From: Candidatus Dojkabacteria bacterium
Lineage (GTDB): Bacteria; Patescibacteriota; Dojkabacteria; SC72
Assembly (NCBI GenBank): GCA_050943415.1
Contig: JBMNPD010000003.1
Coordinates: 3,962 to 67,961, forward strand
Direction: 5' to 3'
Length of the DNA stretch: 64,000 nt
The translations under genes were made by a program, and so were the position numbers. Below are positions 49,896 to 59,285 of this stretch, piece by piece. Each line of letters opens with the position of its first letter. The first letter of the stretch is position 1. The notes below the pieces were generated by a model, which was given only the letters and a program-made list of their open reading frames with translations, did not search any database and was not told the origin of the DNA.

Positions 49896-51350
49896 TTACA
49901 ATTTATAATATTTAGAAGACCTTTTAATAGCTTCCTGTGTTACTCTCCAATACTTATCAAAATTAGATGGGAAATCCTGCCCGGGAGCACTATCTGTTTT
50001 GCTTTGAAAGAACCTTAACATTGTAGGTGAATCATCCCATAAGCACCACACACCAATTTCTAAACGTGTTTCTACTACTATTGCTTTACAGGGTGTAGCA
50101 ACAAAGTGCATCAAGGAATCTTCTGAATTACTAGATATTACTTTTTTCTTAGATGCTTGCTGAGGAGAAAGAGTTGCCTTATGTAGATATGTCATAGCTG
50201 CTGTAGCACAACCTTCAGCTTCACACTCATATGGATCTCCAAATATTGAAGACATTTCAATCATTATATTTACTGGTCCAGTACAATCTCCTGTAGGACC
50301 AACATCTTCACAATCTTCATCTCCTTCTTCGCATTTTATACCGTGACAAGCATTCCATTCTGCTCTACTAAATGAATCCTCAAATACTCCTTTAATTCTA
50401 GCAACAATTTTCCAACACGCAGTTTCTAGGCCGTAATTCATTTCTGTTCTTAGATTCCCAACATCTAAGCAGCCATCTTCTGGTTCTATATCATACTTAT
50501 CTCCTCCTGGTATTTGTTGACGCCAATATAGTCCATCTTCATTATCAGAAGCCACATAGTTACTTTTGCCACCATTAAAATCCGATACGGCTACTTCTGG
50601 AGCACAAAATGTTTTCGGATCATGATCAGCATTTTTGATAATATACTCTCCTGATTCTAAAAGTTCAGTTATCTTTGGGTAAGCAATGAGTGATCCCTTA
50701 ACCATGAATTGCTGTCTTACTGTACCATCTATATTCTTTCGAAAAGTTTCTGCTTCTTTTGGTGCAAGAGCTCTACTTTGAGCAGCTTCGTCCAACACTT
50801 CTCCACTAGAATTGTAAGAAGGATCCCTAGAAGTAATTGTTTTTGTACTATTTTCAAAACCATCTTGACCTAACCAATATCCTAATGGATAAGTTACTTC
50901 TACTAATTGTATCTCTGCATCTTTATCGACAATGACATCTCCACCTACTACCGTACCATCTTTGTAGTCAATAGTACCAGTACCATCTGAACATAAAAGA
51001 GTATCTGATTCTAGTCGATTTGCCACGCTATAACCTCTTTTGCATGACCAAGCTGTTCCCCTGCCCACTATACTACTGGACCCTAAAACAACTTCTGTAA
51101 TATCTACTGTTTCCGAAGCAGGTAGTATCGTAACCTTCATACCATTTTCTTCTGGAAGTATCTTTTCTTCTACTACCTTAGATTTTACTCCACCACAACT
51201 TGTACATTCTTCTGTAGATATTACTTTTATCTCAGTAGCCTTTGTTCCTATATTGATTCTGTTTGTAATTTTTACAACAAAGAAAGAAAACGTTACTAAC
51301 ATTATTAAGAAATAGAGACCTTTTTTGTTTTTTCTTCTTGGTTGCATCAT
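49896..51350 (-). CDS. Secreted Cys-rich protein (484 aa), unknown function
   Basis: N-terminal anchor/signal LYFLIMLVTFSFFVV, more than 20 Cys, an acidic Cys cluster EEGDEDCEDVGPTGDCTGP...YECEAEGC. Confidence 0.5.
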   Translation of the reverse strand: MMQPRRKNKKGLYFLIMLVTFSFFVVKITNRINIGTKATEIKVISTEECTSCGGVKSKVVEEKILPEENGMKVTILPASETVDITEVVLGSSSIVGRGTAWSCKRGYSVANRLESDTLLCSDGTGTIDYKDGTVVGGDVIVDKDAEIQLVEVTYPLGYWLGQDGFENSTKTITSRDPSYNSSGEVLDEAAQSRALAPKEAETFRKNIDGTVRQQFMVKGSLIAYPKITELLESGEYIIKNADHDPKTFCAPEVAVSDFNGGKSNYVASDNEDGLYWRQQIPGGDKYDIEPEDGCLDVGNLRTEMNYGLETACWKIVARIKGVFEDSFSRAEWNACHGIKCEEGDEDCEDVGPTGDCTGPVNIMIEMSSIFGDPYECEAEGCATAAMTYLHKATLSPQQASKKKVISSNSEDSLMHFVATPCKAIVVETRLEIGVWCLWDDSPTMLRFFQSKTDSAPGQDFPSNFDKYWRVTQEAIKRSSKYYKL

Positions 51351-53218
51351 AGATTATTAACCATTTTACCTTTATATCTCTTATTTTTGCCTGATTTAAA
51401 GTATATTACACTTCCCACAACAATTAAAGTAAAAGATGCTAACAAAGCGTAAATCATATCCTCTACCACTCCCGTTTTTGGTATTGAGCCACTTGTAGCA
51501 GTAATGTTTTCATTTGATGTTGTCGATATTGACGGATTGCTTACAGGTAAAGATGATCCATCTGTTGCTCCAACTATACCGTAATTTGTTAATTTTGGAA
51601 TTTTACTTGTAGATGTACTTGTTGGAATTGATGATATATCTTTCAGATCTACATCTATATCTATACTTTCCACATCTTTCATCGTTGTTGTTTGTGTTTT
51701 AACATCAAATGTTGTCATTATATCCAAAGTTATTCTATCTGGAGATGTATATTCAAAATATTTAGTACCATCTTCACTCCAACTGTTTGATACTGTTAGG
51801 GTAAATAGGCCAGCATCTCCTATTAGTGTAGCAATCGGAAGACTTTTACCTAATGTACCAGTTTCGTCAGTATCTTCTATACTTGCTATCAAAATTCCTT
51901 CTCCATGTGATGGCATGTTGCTAAATTTTCCTTTTATGCTCTTAAATGCAGGAGGTGAACTTAATGTTGCAAACGAGTCTATACTGTATTTAGCACCGTT
52001 ATTATCGTAAGTATTTTGTCCTGATTTTATTTCATAGTAATATGTTGTTTCTGGTTGTAGCTTTGATACATCAACATAGTGTACATAGTATTCTCCTTGT
52101 GATACTAAACCATCTCTAGTATCTTTAGCTGTACTGTTTAAGTTTGACTTACTTGTTCCATAATTTACAGATCCTTTTTCTTTTTCTTTTGAAACCCAGA
52201 TCACTGTAAATCCAGTATCTGTAAGATTCGTTACTTTTACACTCTTCTCTCCTGTAACTGTAGTTGTTACTGGTGATACTGCCTTAGTAGAGAGATTTTC
52301 CCAAGGTAATTGGTGAACTATTCTGTATATCCTTTTAAAAGTTTCTTCCTTTGGTTCAGGAGTTGGTGCAGGCGTGGGGGTTGGCGCTGGTCTAGGAACG
52401 GGTGTTGGTGTAGGAGTCGGTATCTCGTCATATGCAACTAGTTTTGCTCCATCAGGTATAAACGAATACATATCTGTTCTTTCTGCCAATGCTAGAGTAT
52501 TTGATGCTGTTAATTGTCCATCGTTATTAAAGAGTGATGAATATACCCCTTCTACTACTGCTCCTCTATTTGTTTCTGAGATTGCTACTATGGTTATGCT
52601 CGTAGTATTTGAGATTGTAACTAGACTTTTATCAGAGATGCTTCTTAAGGATGCTAGATCTATCAACCAAGTTCCTTTGTCTTCTTTTACTACAGCAGAG
52701 ACAGGGTATGTTGATTTGTCACTTAGTATTGCATAGATTATTGGGTTGTCTCCTGATTTCATTGTAATAGATCCAAATATTGGGTGTGGTGTTACTTGTT
52801 GTGGTGTAATAGATGGTGTGGTGAATGTGAACTTTTTACCTCCTTGTGCTGCATATTTGTCTGTCCCAGAAAGAATTGTAAAATCATATGTAGTGCCTTG
52901 TTCTAGGTTATCTACAGTTACATAGTGAGTTAGTTTTCTTCCTGAACCTCTTGTGTCTGTTACTTGTGATTTTTGTGTTCCGTTTTGGTATACAATTACA
53001 CCTCCTGTTAGTGGTGAGTCTGTTATCCATGAAATGTTTATGGAATTGGTAGTTATATCACTAACTACTACATTTTTTGGTTGTGTGTCAGCTGAAGCGT
53101 TGATAATTATTTGAACCACCTTGTATGTTGCAAACAGTAGTATTGGTAATCCTATGATGAGGATTGTTAATACTATATTGTTTTTAGTTCTTCTCTTAGG
53201 AAGTTGAGCAATTTTCAT
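51347..53218 (-). CDS. Cell-surface protein with two FN3-like domains, a Pro/Thr linker and a C-terminal sortase-type sorting signal (IPKTG)
   Basis: FN3-like VVVSDITTNSINISWITDSPLTGGVIVYQ...TTYDFTIL and VTNLTDTGFTVIWVS...TTYYYEIK. Linker PTPTPTPVPRPAPTPTPAPTPEP. C-terminus SIPKTG + VVEDMIYALLASFTLIVVGSVIYF + KSGKNKRYKGK is a tripartite sorting signal. Confidence 0.6.
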   Translation of the reverse strand: MKIAQLPKRRTKNNIVLTILIIGLPILLFATYKVVQIIINASADTQPKNVVVSDITTNSINISWITDSPLTGGVIVYQNGTQKSQVTDTRGSGRKLTHYVTVDNLEQGTTYDFTILSGTDKYAAQGGKKFTFTTPSITPQQVTPHPIFGSITMKSGDNPIIYAILSDKSTYPVSAVVKEDKGTWLIDLASLRSISDKSLVTISNTTSITIVAISETNRGAVVEGVYSSLFNNDGQLTASNTLALAERTDMYSFIPDGAKLVAYDEIPTPTPTPVPRPAPTPTPAPTPEPKEETFKRIYRIVHQLPWENLSTKAVSPVTTTVTGEKSVKVTNLTDTGFTVIWVSKEKEKGSVNYGTSKSNLNSTAKDTRDGLVSQGEYYVHYVDVSKLQPETTYYYEIKSGQNTYDNNGAKYSIDSFATLSSPPAFKSIKGKFSNMPSHGEGILIASIEDTDETGTLGKSLPIATLIGDAGLFTLTVSNSWSEDGTKYFEYTSPDRITLDIMTTFDVKTQTTTMKDVESIDIDVDLKDISSIPTSTSTSKIPKLTNYGIVGATDGSSLPVSNPSISTTSNENITATSGSIPKTGVVEDMIYALLASFTLIVVGSVIYFKSGKNKRYKGKMVNNL

Positions 53219-53266
53219 TATGAAATATGATACCTTTTAATGGAGTCTGTGACAATGTTCCTCTAT

Positions 53267-53554
53267 TTATTCTTTTTCGGTAGTATCTTTTTTGATTCCA
53301 GTGATTATTCCGTTTACCACAGATATTGCTGCTCCTATCCCTCTTACTGGTTTTATTATTAGTGTATTTATTTCGTTTAATGTTTCTGTTATGGATGTAA
53401 TTGATGTTTGTAGGTCTTTGATTATGGGTTCTGTTTTTGATACTGTATCTCTGCTTTCTTTAAGTAGCATTGCTAAGTAGTAGAGTACTACACATAGCAT
53501 TATTGTTAGTATTGATACTATTATCATCCAAAATATTGGTGGTACTGTTTCCAT
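53267..53554 (-). CDS. Small bitopic membrane protein (95 aa)
   Basis: N-terminal TM IFWMIIVSILTIMLCVVLYYLAMLL, then a polar helical tail. Confidence 0.45.
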   Translation of the reverse strand: METVPPIFWMIIVSILTIMLCVVLYYLAMLLKESRDTVSKTEPIIKDLQTSITSITETLNEINTLIIKPVRGIGAAISVVNGIITGIKKDTTEKE

Positions 53555-53577
53555 TGTTTTTCAATTTAACAAGTTAT

Positions 53578-56500
53578 TTACATACTTTTACTGTTAGCAC
53601 ATTTACCATTATGTGTTCCTCCTTCATGCCAGAGAAGGGAACCACAGTTGGTATCTTTTGGTTCGAATTTGTTAATACGGATGAAGTAGCCATTACTAGA
53701 ACTGATGGGGTAATCGAATCCGTATTCTTGACCATCGGTTAGTTGTAAGCCTTCGTATTTACCTTTAGAAGTGGGCCACCATGAGATGTTGTTAGCTGTT
53801 AAACCTTCTACTTTGTTGATACTATCTAACAAACTACGTGCGGTATATATCTGTGAATAACCGTGAACACCTACTAAGTTCCAACCTGCACTAAGGTTTA
53901 TTGGAACACTGCTAGTTATTTTATGACCAGGTATACTTACTTCAGTGGTATTAGTTGTATATATGAGATAGCCTCTACCTGGAGTTACACTGAAGTCTTC
54001 GCCTGTAACTTCTCCATTTACATATCCAATACCTTTCCATCTACCGTCAGAGAAGTAAGAGAAGTGTTCAACTCGAGCTCCTTTGTTAATTAACCATTTA
54101 AGTAGACTAGATGCCTTGGTATATTCATCGTCATCTAGTTTAGGTATGTAATCAAAGGATATGAGGTTGACTCCTTGTTTAAGGTTGAGGGTCATTACAT
54201 CTGCACTTTTTTTGTATTTGATATCTAAAGCATCTGATTTTAGTACATAGTCTTCTCCTACTTTAGGGTTGTCAGGATCTGCAGGGAATTGGAGACCGGC
54301 TACACCATTCATTTCAATATAGAAGATACGAAGATTGTTTTCTCCTCCTTCTACTTTTTCATTTTCAATTAGACCATTTACTTCCATATCATAGAAACCG
54401 TATTCTGGAAGATATGTGATGTAGCCACTACCTGTAGCATTTATTTCTGAAGATTGATCATTAACACCAAGGACAGAGTCAGAAATACCATGAGCATCCC
54501 CTTTATCTTGGACTAAAGGTTTACCTAAGCAATCTACAAACTCATCATCACTCTCTTTTGTACATTCGGTAAATCGTTTACTAAGGGAAGTTACTGCTTC
54601 AATTCTTTCGCTAACAAGAGAAGAAACTGTTGTAGGATTATTACTATCTCTTGCTTGTTGGATAGAATTGTTAAGCGCTAAAACTTCTTCTCCTGCAGTA
54701 TTCGACAGATATGTAATTAAAACGTTATAATTTTCAACATAACCATCAGGTGTGGTAACAGACTTTAACTTGATTTCTATTGGTTCTTGATCATATTTAC
54801 ATTCGATAACAATATTATCACAAGCATCTTTTTCACAGACAACCTCTTTAAACGCCATAATCTTTTGTATTTCCTCATTTGTTAAAATTTTACTTGGTTT
54901 GTCTGTCTCTTTCCCGTCATCTTGTACAATCTCTGTTGTTTGACCATTTTGTGCAACCTCCTCTTTGTTAATAAAACCACAATCTTGTCTCTCACCTGCT
55001 TTACAATCATTATACTTAATTACATTTTTATTATGATTTTCTCTTAAAATACTCAACTCTTCAAGAGTAATTTTGTCCTTTTCTAGAAGTTCAGAAAAAG
55101 CTACACCTAAATTAGGATATGACTCCAATTCTATTGTTTCCTTTAACATATCAGAATTTACATTTTTAAGGTCAAGATCAAATGTACCATTATCATTGTA
55201 TACTAAAACCATATCTTTATCCCCTACTTTAAAAGGTATTTGTTTCTTATCATCAACAACAGTTTCTATACTTTCTTTCTGTAAGTTGAAAAAATTATCT
55301 ACTGCTTCTTCACTGTATTGATTGCTAGTTAATAATTTTGAAGCAAACTCCGTACGATACACAATATTTTTTGATTGAATTTTTATACTACACCAATTTT
55401 CAAATTGACTGCCAATACATACAGTACAATCTCCACCACATTGTTTTTTAATGACGTTTTGAGTTTCTTTATCAAAAATATCCAACGACAATCCATCAAT
55501 TGTAAAATCCCCTTTTTCATCCGTTTTAACATCTGCAACCCTATAAGGTTGTTTTCCACTCTCTGTTATAGCGGCTATACTTACACATTTACCTCCATTA
55601 CAAACTTGACCACTTCCACATTGAACACCTGCACAAGCATCATATGCACCGATCTGAATAGGTTTACCTGGAGTTATATATATAGGTTTATAAGTACAAA
55701 CATTATTTTTATCACATTTTTCAATAGTTTCCCTTACTGTCACATTATCACTTTGTGTATTATATCCAGCAATTGCATTCGCATTTCCAACAAGGACTGT
55801 CTGCTTCATTGCTGGATCCATATTATTATTGCCTGCAAGACCCATATAATCTAACACTGCATTATCTATTACCCCTCCTTTTTCATTAGCTAACAACCTT
55901 GCAACATTTCCGTATCCTATTTCCTTCATTTTTTCATCTGCTTTCTTTCTATATTCTGCAGCCTCTTCTTCACTTAAATTTTCATCATTAGCCTTCTCTA
56001 ATGCTTCGAACAATGGTGTTGTATGTGCTGGTGTAATCCAACTTGGAATATTAAATTTATTTGCAGGTTGAGTTTGAGAACTAGAAGTTTGTCCAGAAGA
56101 TCCTTCATCTCTTTGCTCTCCTTCTTCCGAATTATTAACTGTTCCAGTATCAACTGTATCAGTACCAGGTCCCCCTGATTCAAGAGAAACAACTGCTTCT
56201 TTATTGGTAGATTCTGTGACTTTATTATAAATAGCAGTCAACAAACCACTTGTTAATCCACCTAGAATGGTATTAGTAATTATCATATTAGTAGGAGTTG
56301 GTGTTTCATTATTTACATCTCCCTCCTCGTTCGCACGCACACTCTTAATAAAGTTATCCTCATTCATACTTAAATCCTTCTCCCATTCATCACTAACTAC
56401 TAGATCTGGATATGCTATTGAGCTATTTCCATAAACCCAATCATAGGGATCACTCAATGTATAGTTCTCATATTGTGCATACGCTTTAATCATATCCTGA

Positions 56501-57300
56501 CCCTCTTCTACTATTATTGGTTCTCCCTCTATTGTTCTAATGTTATTACCATCTAAATACCAACTACCATTATCTGCGGTAACACTACTGTAATATATTG
56601 ATTCTTTATCCAAATAACCATTTACAAACTTAATATATACTATTGAATCATTTACATAGTTTCCTTTATCATTAACTACCTTACCAAAGATAGGGGCCGG
56701 AGCTTTCACCTCTCTATTTAATGTATAGAAAGTTGCACTCTTGTTAATATCCTTCTTCCAACTAATCAAACCATCTCCTACTCTAAAGTAATACTCCTTG
56801 TTAGCATCCAAATTCTTTAATGTTACATGGTGTGTAAAATAATTACCAAATCTTCTTACCTTCACACTATCACAATCGTAGTTACTAGTATCTACTACAA
56901 AATCTTCACTAACCTTAGCTTTTTCGTTAAAATCGTCTACACATTTCTTCTCTGCTTTTGCTATATCCCTATCATCATAGGCCACATCTGCGCCTATCCA
57001 ACTTAAAGGACCAGGAAGAATGCTATCCTTCTCCTTATAATACACTACTCCTCGCATAGGATAGTTAGTCATCCAAGAGACTGTAAAAGATGTATCTGTG
57101 ACATTAGTTAATCTTACATCGTGTGGCTTGAAAAATATTGATAAAAATAGCTGAAAGCCTAAATACAACACTAACACTACACCCAACAGTATTCCAAAGA
57201 TTTTTGATACTTTCTTTAAAATTCTCTTTGCTTTCTCTCCTCTATACTTATTCTTATCAATATTTTCTGTATATGCAAAACCACTTATCTGATTATCCAT
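53578..57300 (-). CDS. Giant surface protein (1240 aa) with an N-terminal TM anchor, an FN3-like domain and multiple Cys-rich modules
   Basis: TM ILLGVVLVLYLGFQLFLSIFF. FN3-like LTNVTDTSFTVSWMTNYPMRGVVYY...KEYYFRV. Cys-rich GAYDACAGVQCGSGQVCNGGKCVS and CGGDCTVCIGSQFENWCS. Confidence 0.55.
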   Translation of the reverse strand: MDNQISGFAYTENIDKNKYRGEKAKRILKKVSKIFGILLGVVLVLYLGFQLFLSIFFKPHDVRLTNVTDTSFTVSWMTNYPMRGVVYYKEKDSILPGPLSWIGADVAYDDRDIAKAEKKCVDDFNEKAKVSEDFVVDTSNYDCDSVKVRRFGNYFTHHVTLKNLDANKEYYFRVGDGLISWKKDINKSATFYTLNREVKAPAPIFGKVVNDKGNYVNDSIVYIKFVNGYLDKESIYYSSVTADNGSWYLDGNNIRTIEGEPIIVEEGQDMIKAYAQYENYTLSDPYDWVYGNSSIAYPDLVVSDEWEKDLSMNEDNFIKSVRANEEGDVNNETPTPTNMIITNTILGGLTSGLLTAIYNKVTESTNKEAVVSLESGGPGTDTVDTGTVNNSEEGEQRDEGSSGQTSSSQTQPANKFNIPSWITPAHTTPLFEALEKANDENLSEEEAAEYRKKADEKMKEIGYGNVARLLANEKGGVIDNAVLDYMGLAGNNNMDPAMKQTVLVGNANAIAGYNTQSDNVTVRETIEKCDKNNVCTYKPIYITPGKPIQIGAYDACAGVQCGSGQVCNGGKCVSIAAITESGKQPYRVADVKTDEKGDFTIDGLSLDIFDKETQNVIKKQCGGDCTVCIGSQFENWCSIKIQSKNIVYRTEFASKLLTSNQYSEEAVDNFFNLQKESIETVVDDKKQIPFKVGDKDMVLVYNDNGTFDLDLKNVNSDMLKETIELESYPNLGVAFSELLEKDKITLEELSILRENHNKNVIKYNDCKAGERQDCGFINKEEVAQNGQTTEIVQDDGKETDKPSKILTNEEIQKIMAFKEVVCEKDACDNIVIECKYDQEPIEIKLKSVTTPDGYVENYNVLITYLSNTAGEEVLALNNSIQQARDSNNPTTVSSLVSERIEAVTSLSKRFTECTKESDDEFVDCLGKPLVQDKGDAHGISDSVLGVNDQSSEINATGSGYITYLPEYGFYDMEVNGLIENEKVEGGENNLRIFYIEMNGVAGLQFPADPDNPKVGEDYVLKSDALDIKYKKSADVMTLNLKQGVNLISFDYIPKLDDDEYTKASSLLKWLINKGARVEHFSYFSDGRWKGIGYVNGEVTGEDFSVTPGRGYLIYTTNTTEVSIPGHKITSSVPINLSAGWNLVGVHGYSQIYTARSLLDSINKVEGLTANNISWWPTSKGKYEGLQLTDGQEYGFDYPISSSNGYFIRINKFEPKDTNCGSLLWHEGGTHNGKCANSKSM

Positions 57301-57362
57301 AACACATGGCAGTCAAATTATATGTACATATATATAACTAAATCCAAGAGAAAAAGTCAAAC

Positions 57363-58346
57363 TTAATCATGGATTAACACATAATCACCTTTTTCAAAAA
57401 TACCATACAAATATTTTGCATCCTCTACTAGCATTCGTATACATCCACCACTAATCCGTTTACCAATATTACTTTCAGACTCTACCCACCTACTACCATC
57501 AGATCTGGGTATCCATATCAATCCGTGTAAACCATACCAAGTCGATTTAGTAGGTTCATAGTAAAACGCCATCCAGTAAGGCATATATTTATTACCTGGT
57601 GCTATCGGTTGTAAACCCTTATCCACTATCTTGAATACACCTCTTACTGATGAATCTTCTCTAGCACCTGAAAGGAATATTTCTCTAACAACTACACCAT
57701 CAATCCAGACATAAAGCTTTTGTTGAGTATTATCTACTTCTATATATTTGTATGCAAACTTTCCATCAGTTGAAGCTGTCATTATAGATGGAATCTCTAC
57801 AATTATGTCATGCTCACCACTACGATATTTAGTATTTAATGAATTGTAAACAACAGTATAATTAGGAACATACTCTGAAATTCTACTGAGGTATTCTCCT
57901 TTTGAGTTTTTGACTAATTCTTTTTTCGAATACAAAGGAGAAAAATATTTCTCTACATCTGAGTGCACCCATGTGTTAAATAGGTCTTTAGATATGTCTC
58001 CATCTTGAATCATCTTAAGAAACTTTTCGTTTTCTAACTTTTTGCAAAAATCCATATAACAGAAAAGAATATTGTAATTTGGACTATCTGTGACTCCAAC
58101 AACTTCTGTAGTACTAGCAGAAGCTACTGTAGGAATTAATGTCTCTACTTCCACCTCCTTTATATCCTCTTGTATGTATTTCACTAAATCTTCGTTCCTA
58201 TTCTTAGAAAGCATTAAAAGACCTATCAGTAACATTGCAAAGGACCAAATACACAAAACAAAAATAAGAAGATTCTTACTTTCCAACAATCCTTTAGAAA
58301 GAAATTTCATAGCAAATAATGTATATGAAAAAACCGTATATTTCAA
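57363..58346 (-). CDS. Membrane-anchored L,D-transpeptidase (YkuD domain) protein
   Basis: N-terminal TM. C-terminal YkuD catalytic motifs GLHGLIW and SGGCIRM (His/Cys dyad). Confidence 0.75.
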   Translation of the reverse strand: MKYTVFSYTLFAMKFLSKGLLESKNLLIFVLCIWSFAMLLIGLLMLSKNRNEDLVKYIQEDIKEVEVETLIPTVASASTTEVVGVTDSPNYNILFCYMDFCKKLENEKFLKMIQDGDISKDLFNTWVHSDVEKYFSPLYSKKELVKNSKGEYLSRISEYVPNYTVVYNSLNTKYRSGEHDIIVEIPSIMTASTDGKFAYKYIEVDNTQQKLYVWIDGVVVREIFLSGAREDSSVRGVFKIVDKGLQPIAPGNKYMPYWMAFYYEPTKSTWYGLHGLIWIPRSDGSRWVESESNIGKRISGGCIRMLVEDAKYLYGIFEKGDYVLIHD

Positions 58347-58547
58347 GAAAAAACAACTAATCTGCCTAAAATATCCACATAATTAAGACCTTGTAAATTA
58401 ACTACAAAGTTAGATCTAAATTCGGACAAATAGATGAAATGAGAGTTTTTTAACTCATAGCATCTTAAATATTGGTTAAATATATTGAAATTAGATCCTA
58501 TTGTAGAGCCTTTTCTTCTGTCTCGAAGGTAGTATATAATACATGAT

Positions 58548-59285
58548 ATGCAAAAGTACTATATTAGGCATAAGCTATCATTAGGTGATATTACATACCT
58601 ATCAGATTCTGATAGTAGAAATGTAATCGCTCAAAACTTGCTCGATATCGAAGATATTGTAGAAATAGAAACATATGAAAAGAGGTTTCTTGCTCAAGTT
58701 ACTAATATTCAAAAGAATTCAGTAGAGGTTGAGATCATTGAAGATTTAGGAGAAAGGGAATCTGAATATGTTCCAAATATTACAATTATTCAATCATTGA
58801 GTAATGATTCTAAATTTAATTACTTCATTGAGAAGAGCGTAGAGATTGGTATAGAACGAATTATTCCAGTTGAAACCAAGTATTCTTTGAAAAGCGTAAA
58901 GAAAGCACAGAAGGATTATGAGTATTGGAATAAGTTGGTTAAAGATGCCACTGAGCAGTCTAGAAATATATTTCCTACGATAATAGATAAACCTATACAT
59001 ATTTCTGAATTGAATGAAAAGAATATTGTTAAAGATTCTGTAAGAATTTGCTTAGCAACAGAGGTTGATAATTCTAAATATTTGTCAGATTTGGTTAAGG
59101 AGTTAGACTTTTCTAAACCAGTATATATTGCTATTGGTCCCGAGAGTGGTTGGGATATTTCTGATATAGATATTTTTAAGAGGCTAGGTTTTGATTTTGT
59201 TAAATTAAAAGGTAATATTTTGCGAACTGAAACAACTGGTTTAGTGATTGGTAGTATAATTAAGTATATTAAAGGAGATATTTAA
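58548..59285 (+). CDS. rsmE: 16S rRNA (uracil1498-N3)-methyltransferase
   Basis: PUA-like N-terminus and SPOUT C-terminus ...IAIGPESGWDISDIDIFKRLGFDFVKLKGNILRTETTGLVIGSII. Confidence 0.75.
   Translation: MQKYYIRHKLSLGDITYLSDSDSRNVIAQNLLDIEDIVEIETYEKRFLAQVTNIQKNSVEVEIIEDLGERESEYVPNITIIQSLSNDSKFNYFIEKSVEIGIERIIPVETKYSLKSVKKAQKDYEYWNKLVKDATEQSRNIFPTIIDKPIHISELNEKNIVKDSVRICLATEVDNSKYLSDLVKELDFSKPVYIAIGPESGWDISDIDIFKRLGFDFVKLKGNILRTETTGLVIGSIIKYIKGDI

Noticed and set aside
43728-58346. Calling the surface operon a complete type IV secretion or conjugation system.
   Set aside because: The only T4SS-like element is a VirB6/TrbL-like topology. No VirB4/VirD4/VirB11 ATPase, relaxase or pilin genes are present in the window, so only a cautious candidate-system statement is justified.
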